In this document: positions 8,755-17,915 of the stretch, piece after piece
Position numbering within the stretch: the first letter of the stretch is position 1
Layout of the letters: every line of letters begins with the position of its first letter
DNA from: Candidatus Micrarchaeota archaeon
GTDB taxonomy: Archaea; Iainarchaeota; Iainarchaeia; Iainarchaeales; JAGVWC01
NCBI GenBank assembly: GCA_043803815.1
Contig: JAZDJR010000036.1
Location: 1 to 33,935, forward strand
Length of the DNA stretch: 33,935 nt
Direction of reading: 5' to 3'
Program-made: the position numbers and the translations under genes
Notes under the pieces: generated by a model
The model's input: the letters and a program-made list of their open reading frames with translations, nothing else
The model's database searches: none
What the model was told of the DNA's origin: nothing

Positions 8755-9636
8755 TTAATCGTTAAGCTTACTCCTTTTTTCTTCCGGCACGGCTTCTTTG
8801 GCTTCGCTTTTGGCTTCTTCTTTGGCAGCTTTTGATTCGCCTTCCGACAATTCGTCTTTCGTATACTGGTTGACGATTTTGCCTTTGAGCGCGACCGCCT
8901 TGCTTGCTTTGAATGCGCGTCCGACCATAATTTCAACCGTGGCCGGAGTCATATAGCCGATTTCAAGTGCAAGACCCAAGGCGCTCATATACGCGGTTTG
9001 CAGGTTGGCCAGCATTTGTTCTTCGTCGATGTCCAAAACCGCGGGCAGGTAAACCGTGTCGCCTTCTAGCACTGCGGTCAGGTTCAATCCGACTTTAATC
9101 GGCTTGATATTCAATTTGGAAAGCACATTGGCAACGGCGGGTGTAATGAGCTGGCCTGCTTTGGCGACAATCGTATCCGCGTCCACGTGAATCGTCGGAC
9201 CCATCATTTTGACTTTAAGCCCCGCGTTTTTCAAATCCGTCAACGCCGGTCCTGGGGGAAGTCCCGTGTCTCCGGCCGGAACGGTAATGTCTTCGGGCGC
9301 GATTTGGCCCGCTTTGGCGCCGGTGCTTCCCTTGTTTTTTTTCAAAAAATGGGCCAATTCAAACGGCGAAAGCTTGGTAAAAATAACTGCGGTCATGCGC
9401 CGGGCATATTCCGGGAATTCCTTGGATTTGATTCCGCTTTCTTTTAACGCGCGCTGGATAACCAGGCGTTTGGAAACTTTGATAATTGCTTTTCCGGAAA
9501 GTTTTTTGCGCAGGCGCTGGAACAGGTCGGCGGGAAAGCCTTCGATGTTGGCTAACGCGATAACGGGATATTCCTTGGCGAGTTTTTGAAGGGAAACAAA
9601 TTCCGCTTCTTTCCACGGCTTGGTGTGCGAGGTCAT
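8755..9636 (-). CDS. rpl10: 50S ribosomal protein L10 (aP0)
   Basis: WK start motif, [32 protein letters not shown]; operon position; GAGGTGA SD. Confidence 0.95.
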   Translation of the reverse strand: MTSHTKPWKEAEFVSLQKLAKEYPVIALANIEGFPADLFQRLRKKLSGKAIIKVSKRLVIQRALKESGIKSKEFPEYARRMTAVIFTKLSPFELAHFLKKNKGSTGAKAGQIAPEDITVPAGDTGLPPGPALTDLKNAGLKVKMMGPTIHVDADTIVAKAGQLITPAVANVLSKLNIKPIKVGLNLTAVLEGDTVYLPAVLDIDEEQMLANLQTAYMSALGLALEIGYMTPATVEIMVGRAFKASKAVALKGKIVNQYTKDELSEGESKAAKEEAKSEAKEAVPEEKRSKLND

Positions 9637-9703
9637 TGTTTCACCTCGGCTTTTTGCCATAGGGCAAAAACCCGGGAAAAAATGAAACCGGTTTTCAGGG
9701 GGT

Positions 9704-10369
9704 TCATTGTTTCACCTCGTCGGTTACTTTGACGGGTTTTCCCATGGTAAGCTTGACAACCAGCGATTTGATGTTCTGCTGTTTTCCGGGCAGGGCGTTT
9801 AAGAGTGCGGTGTAAACGCTGTGGGCGTTTTTGGCGATTTCATCGTCGGTCATTTTTTCGTGTCCGATTAAAGCGTGCACCATGGGATTGAATTTTCCTT
9901 TTTTGTTTGTGATGCGGATCGCGCCTTTGACTTTTTTTAATGCGTTTTCAACCGCGGCAACGGTTGCCATAATCGGCTGCGGCATTTTTCCTTTCGGCGC
10001 CAGTACGGGTCCCAGATATTTTCCGACCGTGAGCATGACTGGCCCTTCGGCCAAAATCAAGTCGTATTCCGTTGCAAGCGTTGCCGCAGTTTTCTTGTCG
10101 ATTCCAGCGATTTCGCTTTCCGTGATTATTTTGGCGACTTTTCCGCTTAATTGCGTGATAAATTCCTTGTCTTTGGCAAAAACGAGCACTTTGGTTTCGG
10201 TTTTTCCAGTGGCAAACGGCATGGTTACGTTGACGTCGATTCGGTTTTCGGCTTTGGCAAAGTCGATTCCCTTAAAATTAACGTATAATTCGACCGATTG
10301 GCGAAACTTGCGCTGCTTTGAGTCCGCACGGCACTTTTTGATGGCTTGCTGCAATTGCTGTTCGTTCAT
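9704..10369 (-). CDS. rpl1: 50S ribosomal protein L1
   Basis: RKFRQSVEL, GKYLGPVLAPKGKMP and KLTMG motifs. Confidence 0.96.
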   Translation of the reverse strand: MNEQQLQQAIKKCRADSKQRKFRQSVELYVNFKGIDFAKAENRIDVNVTMPFATGKTETKVLVFAKDKEFITQLSGKVAKIITESEIAGIDKKTAATLATEYDLILAEGPVMLTVGKYLGPVLAPKGKMPQPIMATVAAVENALKKVKGAIRITNKKGKFNPMVHALIGHEKMTDDEIAKNAHSVYTALLNALPGKQQNIKSLVVKLTMGKPVKVTDEVKQ

Positions 10370-10374
10370 GAAAC

Positions 10375-10520
10375 TCGTCTCCCAGACAACCTTTTAGGAA
10401 ACCCAATTTTGGGTAAACCCAAAATGGGCTCTTTTTTGCCATGGGCAAAAAATTGGAGGTTGGCGAAAAAGGTACATCGCCCCATTTGCAATGGGGCATC
10501 GGTACTTCCTTCGCTCTGGT
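10375..10520 (-). promoter_or_regulatory. Structured 5' leader of rpl1-rpl10-rpl12
   Basis: CCAGA...TCTGG closes three hairpins just upstream of the rpl1 start; TATA-like TTTAAA near 10582-10587. Confidence 0.55.
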
Positions 10521-10618
10521 TTTATCGGCGAAAAAAACAGGGTTTTTTCGCTAAACTTAGCAATTTCTGGCGATAAAAGTTTTTAAATGGGTACCCCCTG
10601 CTCTTGGTTAGACAGCCT

Positions 10619-11215
10619 ATGTCCGACCAACCAACGCCCATTTGGGGGATACGAATAGGAGTTCCTTACAATAAGATAACCGAACCCTTCAAGACCGCCA
10701 CGCAAAGCGCGGAGTTTAACCTATACATTGACACGTTCAAGCCAGGATACAACACACCTGGGCGAGACCTGTTTGTAATCAACCACTGGATTCAACAAGC
10801 ATGTATGCAGTATATGCCGCCTGAACCTTACATTGGTCATATCAAACTTATTTTTTCCCCGAAAAAGCGGGAAATCATAAGCAATGATTTCCAGCCCACA
10901 GTAAAGGGAATTATGAGAAAAATGCTCGTTGCTTCGATGGCCGAACTTGCAATAAAAAAAATGCTAACCAGATATTTTCCGGATTGGAAATGCCGTTCCA
11001 TAGGAAGGGCAAGCCCGGAGCGGGAAGCCCACCTGGAAAAAACCGACCGAAAAGTCGGGGAAGCGCTTCCGATCGAGGAAGAAGTCCGGCGATTAAGCGA
11101 ATACGTACGGAAAAGAATGCGGGAAGATTATGCTCAGCGGCATCCGCCAAGAGCAAAAAGCGAGGTTCGGCCAAGAAAATCGGTTACACGAATGCGGCAA
11201 TTTCGAAAAAAATGA
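10619..11215 (+). CDS. Orphan protein with Arg/Lys-rich C-terminus
   Basis: ORF of about 198 aa opposite to the operon; ATG at 10619 follows a TTTTTAAA box; no recognisable motif. Confidence 0.65.
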   Translation: MSDQPTPIWGIRIGVPYNKITEPFKTATQSAEFNLYIDTFKPGYNTPGRDLFVINHWIQQACMQYMPPEPYIGHIKLIFSPKKREIISNDFQPTVKGIMRKMLVASMAELAIKKMLTRYFPDWKCRSIGRASPEREAHLEKTDRKVGEALPIEEEVRRLSEYVRKRMREDYAQRHPPRAKSEVRPRKSVTRMRQFRKK

Positions 11216-11291
11216 GTTTCACCGTTCTTTTTTCGGAATTTTTTTGAATGGAACTTTTGGGATTTTGGATTTTTTTTATATGAATCGCAGA

Positions 11292-11516
11292 TTAAAGATA
11301 TTTTTGGAATTTTTCGCGGTTTGTTTGGAGTTCTTTTTTGATGATTTTGTTCAATAAGCCGAGCGGAATCGGTTTTTGGGCGTGAAAAGCGATGAGAAGA
11401 ATGCGGCCATCGGCGTGCTCGAAGATTTTGTGCGAGCCTTTTTGGCGAGCCTCGCGAAAACCCATTTTTTGGACGATTCGAATCAGGTCTTGGGGATAAA
11501 GCACCGGCAGTTTCAT
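11292..11516 (-). CDS. hicA: HicA-family mRNA interferase toxin
   Basis: MGF...RQKGSH...H...GLLNKIIK; 4-bp overlap with hicB. Confidence 0.92.
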   Translation of the reverse strand: MKLPVLYPQDLIRIVQKMGFREARQKGSHKIFEHADGRILLIAFHAQKPIPLGLLNKIIKKELQTNREKFQKYL

Positions 11517-11734
11517 ACCGTAACCTTAACCATGCCCACAACCGAATCCAACTCGATTTTTTGCCGTTTGGATTTCAAATGTTCCAAATAAAGTTCGATG
11601 GCTTCTTTGATGTTTTTTAACAAGTCTTCCACCGTATCGGCGTACGAATAGCATCCGGGCAGTGAAGGAACGGAAGCGTAAAACTGTTTGGTTTGGCGGT
11701 CTTTTTCAATTACTACGTCAAACGATTGAACCAT
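11513..11734 (-). CDS. hicB: HicB-family antitoxin (short form, no DNA-binding domain)
   Basis: FYASVPSLPGCYSYADTVEDLLKNIKEAIELYLE. Confidence 0.92.
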   Translation of the reverse strand: MVQSFDVVIEKDRQTKQFYASVPSLPGCYSYADTVEDLLKNIKEAIELYLEHLKSKRQKIELDSVVGMVKVTV

Positions 11735-11809
11735 GATTAAATCACTATACTATAATTGGATTGCCAAAGATAAAATAGTATCGTTTTTTCAGCGGTTGCC
11801 GAAAACGAA

Positions 11810-12349
11810 TTAGTGTTTTTTCGCCGCTTTTTTGGCTTCTTTTTCCCTGAGCCTTTGCTTGGCTTTTTTGTTGGTAATCGTTTTGAAGCTGTCGGTTTGC
11901 AGGCCGCTGTCGATTTCGTTTTGGAATTCTTTGGCGTGCTTTCCTTCGACCGTTACGCCCATGCTGTTGCATTGTCCGATGACTTCGCGCATGGCTTTTT
12001 CAAGGTCGGTTGAGTTCATGGCGTCGATTTTCATTTCCGCGATTTTTTTGACCTGTTCCAAAGTCATGTTTCCCTTGATGTCGGTTTTGGGGTTTGCGGC
12101 CGCGGTTTCGATGCCGAGTTCTTTTTTAATCAGGGAACTAGTGGGCGGGCTTCCGACGGAAATTTCGACGTTTTTTTTGCCGTCGACTTTGATTTTGACG
12201 GGAACTTTCATTCCCACGTAAGCTTTGGTTTTTTCGTTGATTTCGGCGACGACTTGCACGATGTTGACCCCAAGCGGCCCCAATGCGGGACCCAAAGGCG
12301 CTCCGGCGGTTGCTTTTCCCGCGTCGACCATTACACTTATTTCTGCCAT
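11810..12349 (-). CDS. rpl11: 50S ribosomal protein L11
   Basis: GKATAGAPLGPALGPLG, PPTSSLIKKELG, GQCNSMGV; ATG at 12349 after a GGTGA SD. Confidence 0.96.
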   Translation of the reverse strand: MAEISVMVDAGKATAGAPLGPALGPLGVNIVQVVAEINEKTKAYVGMKVPVKIKVDGKKNVEISVGSPPTSSLIKKELGIETAAANPKTDIKGNMTLEQVKKIAEMKIDAMNSTDLEKAMREVIGQCNSMGVTVEGKHAKEFQNEIDSGLQTDSFKTITNKKAKQRLREKEAKKAAKKH

Positions 12350-12564
12350 TTTTTTCACCTGAAATTTTAATAAAAACAATTTTTGATTGGCGACTTTTTA
12401 TTTTTTTTGAATTTTTTGCTTAATTTCGAATTTTATTTTTATTTTTTGAATTTTTATTTAATTTTGCTTTGATTTTGAATTTTTTTATTTTAATTTTTAT
12501 TTTTTGTGAGCTATCCGTTTCCTCGCGCTTCGCGGCTGCTTTTGGTTTAATTTTTTGTTCGGCA

Positions 12565-13005
12565 TTACTCTTTGATGATGCGTATGCTTTCGGCTTTAAT
12601 CGTAATCGGGATTTTGACCGCGGCTTCCTGCAGTTCGATGGTGACTTCTTCTTTGGTCTGGTTGACGCGCAAAATTTTGCATTTTTCGCCTTTGAAGGGG
12701 CCGTTCATGACTTCGGCTTTGTCGCCTTCTTTGATGGATTGCATTAGCGGCTTTGCTTCCAAAAGGTTTCCGAGTTCTTCGATTTTGACTTCGCCGGCAA
12801 CCAGTCCGCGTCCCTTGACATTGGAAACATTGGTGATGGCGCGGCGAACCGTGAGTTCGTTGTCGGCTTCGATTAGAACGTATCCTTTCAGGTTCGGAAT
12901 TTGGGTAATGGAATAGATTCCAAGGCCTTCGCGGCTCGTTTTGGCGGCCAGAATGTCGATGACTAGGGTTTCCTGTCCGACTGTGGTTCGAATCGTGAAA
13001 ATCAT
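12565..13005 (-). CDS. spt5: Transcription elongation factor Spt5 (NusG)
   Basis: RTTVGQE and LKGYVLIEA (NGN domain); GPFKGEK (KOW). Confidence 0.96.
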   Translation of the reverse strand: MIFTIRTTVGQETLVIDILAAKTSREGLGIYSITQIPNLKGYVLIEADNELTVRRAITNVSNVKGRGLVAGEVKIEELGNLLEAKPLMQSIKEGDKAEVMNGPFKGEKCKILRVNQTKEEVTIELQEAAVKIPITIKAESIRIIKE

Positions 13006-13101
13006 TTTGGATTCAGTCCTTTTTTGCTATAAAAATAACGGTGACAGTTTTTTAATACATAAAAAATTGGATTGTTTTTTTAAATACTCGTTTTGGTTTT
13101 T

Positions 13102-13275
13102 TTATTTTCCAAGTCCGGTAAGAGCCATGAACAAAAAAATGATGTAGCCGATAATGGCCAGCAATATGATTCCCAGGCCCGAAACCTTGCTCATTTGCTT
13201 GTATTCGTCCATTGTGGGTTTTTTGCTGACAATGAAAATGCGGCGCGATGATTCCAAAAATCCTTTGATGTCCAT
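13102..13275 (-). CDS. secE: Protein translocase subunit SecE/Sec61-gamma
   Basis: Manual translation (57 aa, absent from the track): MDIKGFLESSRRIFIVSKKPTMDEYKQMSKVSGLGIILLAIIGYIIFLFMALTGLGK. Canonical position between ftsZ and spt5. Confidence 0.93.
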   Translation of the reverse strand: MDIKGFLESSRRIFIVSKKPTMDEYKQMSKVSGLGIILLAIIGYIIFLFMALTGLGK

Positions 13276-13284
13276 TTTTTTCCC

Positions 13285-14439
13285 TTATCCTGAAAAATCG
13301 ATTCCGATGTCGAATTCTTCGGTTCCTTGCGGGTTGACTTTTCGTCCGCCGTCCAGATAGGGAAAGCGTCCTCCGGCAATGACTACCATGGCCTGGACCT
13401 TGTTTTTGGCAAGCTTGTCGTCAATCATGGCGCCCCAAATAATATGCGCGTCGGGGTGAATTTTTTCGGAAACGGTTTCAACGATCATTTCGGCTTCGCG
13501 CAGGGTCATATCGGTTCCGCCGACTACGTTTACAAGTGCGCGCGAGGCATCGGTAATGTCAACGTCGAGTAAAGGCGAGGTTAACGCGTTTTCTACGGCT
13601 TCGAGTGCGCGGGCTTCGGATGCTTCTTCGGTTTCGCTTTCTCCAAGTCCAATCATGGCGGCGCCTCCTTTGTCCAGAATGGTGCGCAGGTCGGCAAAGT
13701 CAAGGTTAATCAGGCCAGGTTTGGTAACCATTTCGGTGATTCCTTTGACCGCGTTGGTCAAGACTTCGTCCGCGACTTTGAATGCCGCGTTAACGGGCAG
13801 GTCGGGCGCGATTTCGAGTATTTTGTCGTTTGGAATGACAATAATCGTGTCCGCGTTTTTGCGGAGTTTGGTCAGGCCTTCCATTGCGTTTTCCATGCGT
13901 CGTTTTCCTTCAACGGTAAACGGCAGGGTGACAACGGCAACGGTTAAGGCGTTCATTTGCTTGGCTACTTCCGCGATAACGGGCGCCGAGCCGGTTCCGG
14001 TTCCGCCGCCCATTCCGCAGGTAATAAAAATCAGGTCGCTGTTTTCCAATGCATCCTGCAGGTCTTGCAGGGATTCCTTGGCTGCGGCTTCGCCGACGCT
14101 GGGGTTTGAGCCTGCGCCGAGTCCGCGGGTGAGTTTTCGGCCGATTAAAAGTTTATGGTCTGCGTGCGTGCTTAAGAGGTCTTGCGCATCGGTATTGACC
14201 GCAAAGGTTTCGGCTCCGGTAATGCCGACTTCGCTCATGCGTTCAACGGTGTTGCATCCGCCGCCGCCGCATCCGACCACGCGGATTCTGGCTTGGCTTG
14301 CTTCTAAAATTTTTGCGAGTTCTTCGTCGGTAACATTTATGGGCCGTTTGGATTTTTTGTTGGCTTTGTGGGTTTCTTCATTAACAGGGGAATTTTCGCT
14401 TTTGGCTCGCTTGACCGCGTTTAATACGATTTCTTTCAA
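13285..14439 (-). CDS. ftsZ: Cell division protein FtsZ (FtsZ1-type context)
   Basis: GCGGGGCN, GMGGGTGTG tubulin signature, NLDFAD T7 loop; TTG start with GAGGTG SD. Confidence 0.98.
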   Translation of the reverse strand: MKEIVLNAVKRAKSENSPVNEETHKANKKSKRPINVTDEELAKILEASQARIRVVGCGGGGCNTVERMSEVGITGAETFAVNTDAQDLLSTHADHKLLIGRKLTRGLGAGSNPSVGEAAAKESLQDLQDALENSDLIFITCGMGGGTGTGSAPVIAEVAKQMNALTVAVVTLPFTVEGKRRMENAMEGLTKLRKNADTIIVIPNDKILEIAPDLPVNAAFKVADEVLTNAVKGITEMVTKPGLINLDFADLRTILDKGGAAMIGLGESETEEASEARALEAVENALTSPLLDVDITDASRALVNVVGGTDMTLREAEMIVETVSEKIHPDAHIIWGAMIDDKLAKNKVQAMVVIAGGRFPYLDGGRKVNPQGTEEFDIGIDFSG

Positions 14440-14596
14440 ATCGGCACCTCGTTTTTCTGTTTGGTTCGGTTCTAAAACAGCGTTTTTATTAATCCAAAAG
14501 GGTATTCTTTTGGGTTATATAAGATATAGCATTTAACTGAAAAGAGTTTAAAAGGATTGGTCTTTTAGCCCCAAAAACAAAAAGAAGGAAACTATT

Positions 14597-15562
14597 GTGC
14601 CTTTTTCAAAAAAAGTTGCCGCCATTCTGTCGGACATCCAAAACCTGAAGATTCAGGGGGCAAGCAGGGTCCAAAAAGCGGGGGTTTTGGCTTTGTATGA
14701 AACCGCTTTGCACTCTAACGCAAAGACGGTTTTTCAGTTTCGAGCGGATTTGCAAAAAACCGGTTTGGCTTTGTTCAAGTCCAGGCCGACCGAACCCGGC
14801 CTTCGGACCGCGGTTCGAATCATTTGGAAAACCGGGCATCTTTCGCCGGATTCTTTGGAAGAGGCCAAAAAACGGGTTTTGGAAAAGTGCCGTTCGTTTT
14901 CAAGGCAGCGTGAACAAATGCTGGATGGGATTGCGCAAATCGGAGCGGCGCTTATTCCAAAAAACGCGGTTATTCTGACGCATTGCCATTCCAATACCGT
15001 TGAAGCGGTTTTGAAAAAAGCGAAAAAAAAGATTGCGATGGTGTATGCAACGGAAACGCGTCCTCTTTTTCAGGGAAGGATTACCGCGGCAAACCTTTCC
15101 AAGGCGGGAATTCCGGTTACCCAAATAGTGGATTCCGCCGCGGCTTCTTTTATCGGAAAGGCGGATTTGTTTGCAACCGGATGCGACGCGATTTTGGCCA
15201 ATGGAAATGTCATTAACAAAATCGGCACCTGCGAGATTTCTTTGGCCGCACAAAAAAGCAAGGTGCCGCATGTTGTTTTTTGTTCTTCGAATGCGTTTGA
15301 CCCTTTGACTTTTTTTGGATGGACCGAGCCGATTGAGGAGCGGAGTTGGAAAGAAGTCTGGCCTGACAAGCCCAAAAACGTGCGGGTTTTGAATCCCGCT
15401 TTTGACGAGACTCCCGCAAGCCGGGTTTTCAAAATCGTTTCCGAGCACGGAATTTTGCGGCCGAAAGAATTTGTGCGGCATTTGGACAGGGAATTCGATT
15501 TTCGCCACGGCAAAAAAGAGTACATTCAAATGCTGCATCAGTTAAAAGGCGTCCAAAAGTGA
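14597..15562 (+). CDS. Ribose-1,5-bisphosphate isomerase (eIF2B-like family)
   Basis: LKIQGA, RPTEP, THCHS, ETRP, NKIGT and NPAFD motifs; AMP phosphorylase nearby. Confidence 0.85.
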   Translation: MPFSKKVAAILSDIQNLKIQGASRVQKAGVLALYETALHSNAKTVFQFRADLQKTGLALFKSRPTEPGLRTAVRIIWKTGHLSPDSLEEAKKRVLEKCRSFSRQREQMLDGIAQIGAALIPKNAVILTHCHSNTVEAVLKKAKKKIAMVYATETRPLFQGRITAANLSKAGIPVTQIVDSAAASFIGKADLFATGCDAILANGNVINKIGTCEISLAAQKSKVPHVVFCSSNAFDPLTFFGWTEPIEERSWKEVWPDKPKNVRVLNPAFDETPASRVFKIVSEHGILRPKEFVRHLDREFDFRHGKKEYIQMLHQLKGVQK

Positions 15563-15572
15563 AAATCGGCTG

Positions 15573-16193
15573 TTGGTCAAAATGGATTTAAAGTTGTCCG
15601 TAAAAAACAGGATAATTGCAATCGCAAAGGACAGCTATGAGGATGAGGATTACAAGTATCATATTTTGCCGGTGGTTAAAAACGCGCTGATTTTAGGAAA
15701 AAAACTGAACGCGGATTTGGAAGTGGTCGAAGCCGCGGCTTACCTGCACGATATCGGAAGAGCGACCAAGCGGGTTAATTTTGTCAAGGAAAACGAGCAC
15801 CATATTACGGGTGCGGCGGAGACCAAAAAAATTTTGGAAGAATTGAGGTGTCCCGATGCATTTGTCCAAAAGGTTTGCCATTGCGTTTTGGCGCATCGCG
15901 GAAGAAAAGGACCCGACCCCGAAACTTTGGAAGCAAAAATAATCGCCAATGCCGACGCCATGGCGCATTTTGACACTTTTTTGGATTTGTTCGATTTTTT
16001 CCTGAAAAGTTCGGGTTCTTTTGAGGAAGCTATTCTTGCGCTGGAGCAAAAAATGGACCGGGATTGGAACAAAAAACTGACCTTGCCCGAAGCTAAAAAA
16101 ACCGTTCGGGAAAAATACGAAGCGATTTTGGTTTTGATAAAAAGCCAGAAGGAATATTTCGAAAACGAAAAAAAAAGCTCGATGGATAATTGA
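15573..16193 (+). CDS. HD-domain phosphohydrolase
   Basis: H...YLHDIG...HH..GA...AH...ANADA HD motif set. Confidence 0.88.
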   Translation: MVKMDLKLSVKNRIIAIAKDSYEDEDYKYHILPVVKNALILGKKLNADLEVVEAAAYLHDIGRATKRVNFVKENEHHITGAAETKKILEELRCPDAFVQKVCHCVLAHRGRKGPDPETLEAKIIANADAMAHFDTFLDLFDFFLKSSGSFEEAILALEQKMDRDWNKKLTLPEAKKTVREKYEAILVLIKSQKEYFENEKKSSMDN

Positions 16194-16198
16194 TACCG

Positions 16199-16858
16199 AT
16201 GCCCACGCTCAAGCAAAAACGGATGAAGCTGCAACAACAGTGGAAAGCGCGGCAAAAACGCAGGAAACTTTTGGTTCTTTCTCCAACGGAAAGAAAAAAA
16301 GTGAATTATTCTCAGAAAAAAATGGAAGAAATCCCGTGGGGACAGGACGAAGTTAGGCCCGATACCCGTTCGTTAAAGGAAGTTAATGCGGAACATAACG
16401 TCGATTTTATGGTTCGGCTTCGGGAACTGAAACAGCGGTTCAGGAATCAGACGCTTGAAGTGCTGGATGAGGCGGCCGGAAAAAGCACGTTTGCAACTCA
16501 GCTAACAGAAGAGGCAAACCGAGAATTTGGTCCCAACGCGATTCGTATAACACGGACCGATATCCGGGAAAAAGGACTTTCGGGTTTGAAAATTGACAGG
16601 GTTCCCGTGGAAAGACTTGTTGAAAAGTATGGAAAAAATCGTTTTCATTTGGTTGTTTCAACGCTTGGAGGGCCCAACTATACTTCTATTACGTCGATAA
16701 AAGCTCTGGCTAATATTATTGAAGTTTTAAAGCCCGGCGGGGAAGCCAGAGTGAAGACACAATTCACAGACCCAAGTGTAATACGAAATCTCAAAAAAAG
16801 GTATCCAAAAATTTTCTTGTTCACACCGGACAATTGCAGGATTATGATTTTTAAGTAA
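16199..16858 (+). CDS. Class I SAM-dependent methyltransferase-like protein with basic N-terminal extension
   Basis: VLDEAAGKS (degenerate motif I), RTDI, FHLVVS, LKPGG. Confidence 0.65.
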   Translation: MPTLKQKRMKLQQQWKARQKRRKLLVLSPTERKKVNYSQKKMEEIPWGQDEVRPDTRSLKEVNAEHNVDFMVRLRELKQRFRNQTLEVLDEAAGKSTFATQLTEEANREFGPNAIRITRTDIREKGLSGLKIDRVPVERLVEKYGKNRFHLVVSTLGGPNYTSITSIKALANIIEVLKPGGEARVKTQFTDPSVIRNLKKRYPKIFLFTPDNCRIMIFK

Positions 16859-16934
16859 TAAAACCGGATTTTTCTTTTTCGATTTTTTGTTTTGTCGGCT
16901 ATCCGCGGTGCCGGCCTGCGGCGCTGGTTTGGGT

Positions 16935-17915
16935 TTAATTTTGGGAAATTTGGCCTGGATTGTTGGTTCGGATGATGTTGTAGTCTGGATTTTGGATGGC
17001 AAAGTTGACGTCGAGTGTCAGGAATCGCGAGAGGTTTTGCTTGAATTCGAAGTTCCAGTCAAAATTCGCGGTTTGATTGGAGTCGCGGGAAACCTGAATG
17101 CTTTTTCCGAACAAGAACTGGATGGGTTTTGAAAAACAGTCGGGGTTGTCGCAGTACAAAAAGACGTTGTAATCCGCGGCGACGGAATAATGCGTTCCGA
17201 TGACCGGAAGGCCGCTTTTGGGGCTTGCGTTGGAGTCGAATCGGATGGAAAAATAGGATTCAGAGTTGGCGTCGTTAAACGCGTTGGCGGGGCAGGCAAC
17301 GCCGTTGCACAGGGCGGCGTTGAGGTCTTCGCGCGAGTCGGAGAATTTTATTTTGATTTGGGTTTTGCGCGTGTTCGTCGGATTGTAGGTTCCGATGCAC
17401 TGGGAATTATTCGCATCTTCAAAAACAATCCGGTTAACGGAAAAGCGGTAAGCCATGCATTGGCGGTTTAACAAAAAATTGAGTTGATTGGCTGTTCCGC
17501 CCCAGTTCGCGTCTTTGGCGGTATTGATGTCGAGTAAAAAGCCGTGCGGAAGGCCTTTGAGGGCTTGTTTGCCGAAAAAAATCCGGTAGCCGTTTAACGA
17601 ATTGAAATAATCGGAAATTTCGCCGGGGTTTACGGGAAAGCGCTGGGAAATAAAAAACCGGTTTTGGTCGGAACCGTACGAAAACGGAAGGCCCAGGGAC
17701 AACGTGTTTTTTTTGGGGCCGTTTAAGTCCAGTTCCAACAGGCTTCGGGAAATGTCGCGGTATTTTTGCCCCGCGATTTTTAAGGCGGATAATTCGGGCT
17801 GGTTGGCAATGGAAAAATCGGAGCGCTGAATCGACGTGGTCAAAACAATAATGGCTAAAATCAGCACGAGAACGGAAACCGTGAAAATGATTCCGCGGGA
17901 ATTCATTGGTTCCAC
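16935..17915 (-). CDS. Pilin-like protein with class III signal peptide-like N-terminus
   Basis: SRG/IIFT followed by a hydrophobic helix; Asn/Cys-rich extracellular body; last gene of the overlapping operon. Confidence 0.7.
   Translation of the reverse strand: MEPMNSRGIIFTVSVLVLILAIIVLTTSIQRSDFSIANQPELSALKIAGQKYRDISRSLLELDLNGPKKNTLSLGLPFSYGSDQNRFFISQRFPVNPGEISDYFNSLNGYRIFFGKQALKGLPHGFLLDINTAKDANWGGTANQLNFLLNRQCMAYRFSVNRIVFEDANNSQCIGTYNPTNTRKTQIKIKFSDSREDLNAALCNGVACPANAFNDANSESYFSIRFDSNASPKSGLPVIGTHYSVAADYNVFLYCDNPDCFSKPIQFLFGKSIQVSRDSNQTANFDWNFEFKQNLSRFLTLDVNFAIQNPDYNIIRTNNPGQISQN

Noticed and set aside
12380-12505. TTTTATTTT/GAATTT quasi-repeats as a CRISPR or tandem array
   Set aside because: Low-complexity T-rich spacer with no constant repeat and unique spacers; no cas genes.
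13556-14536. 326-aa plus-strand ORF and similar long antisense ORFs (e.g. 5070-5807, 29345-30094)
   Set aside because: These are shadows of well-identified genes on the opposite strand, with no motifs of their own.
14597-15562. Translation factor eIF2B subunit or MtnA
   Set aside because: THCHS and the nearby AMP phosphorylase favour R15P isomerase; the MtnA-type THCN.G.LAT motif is absent.
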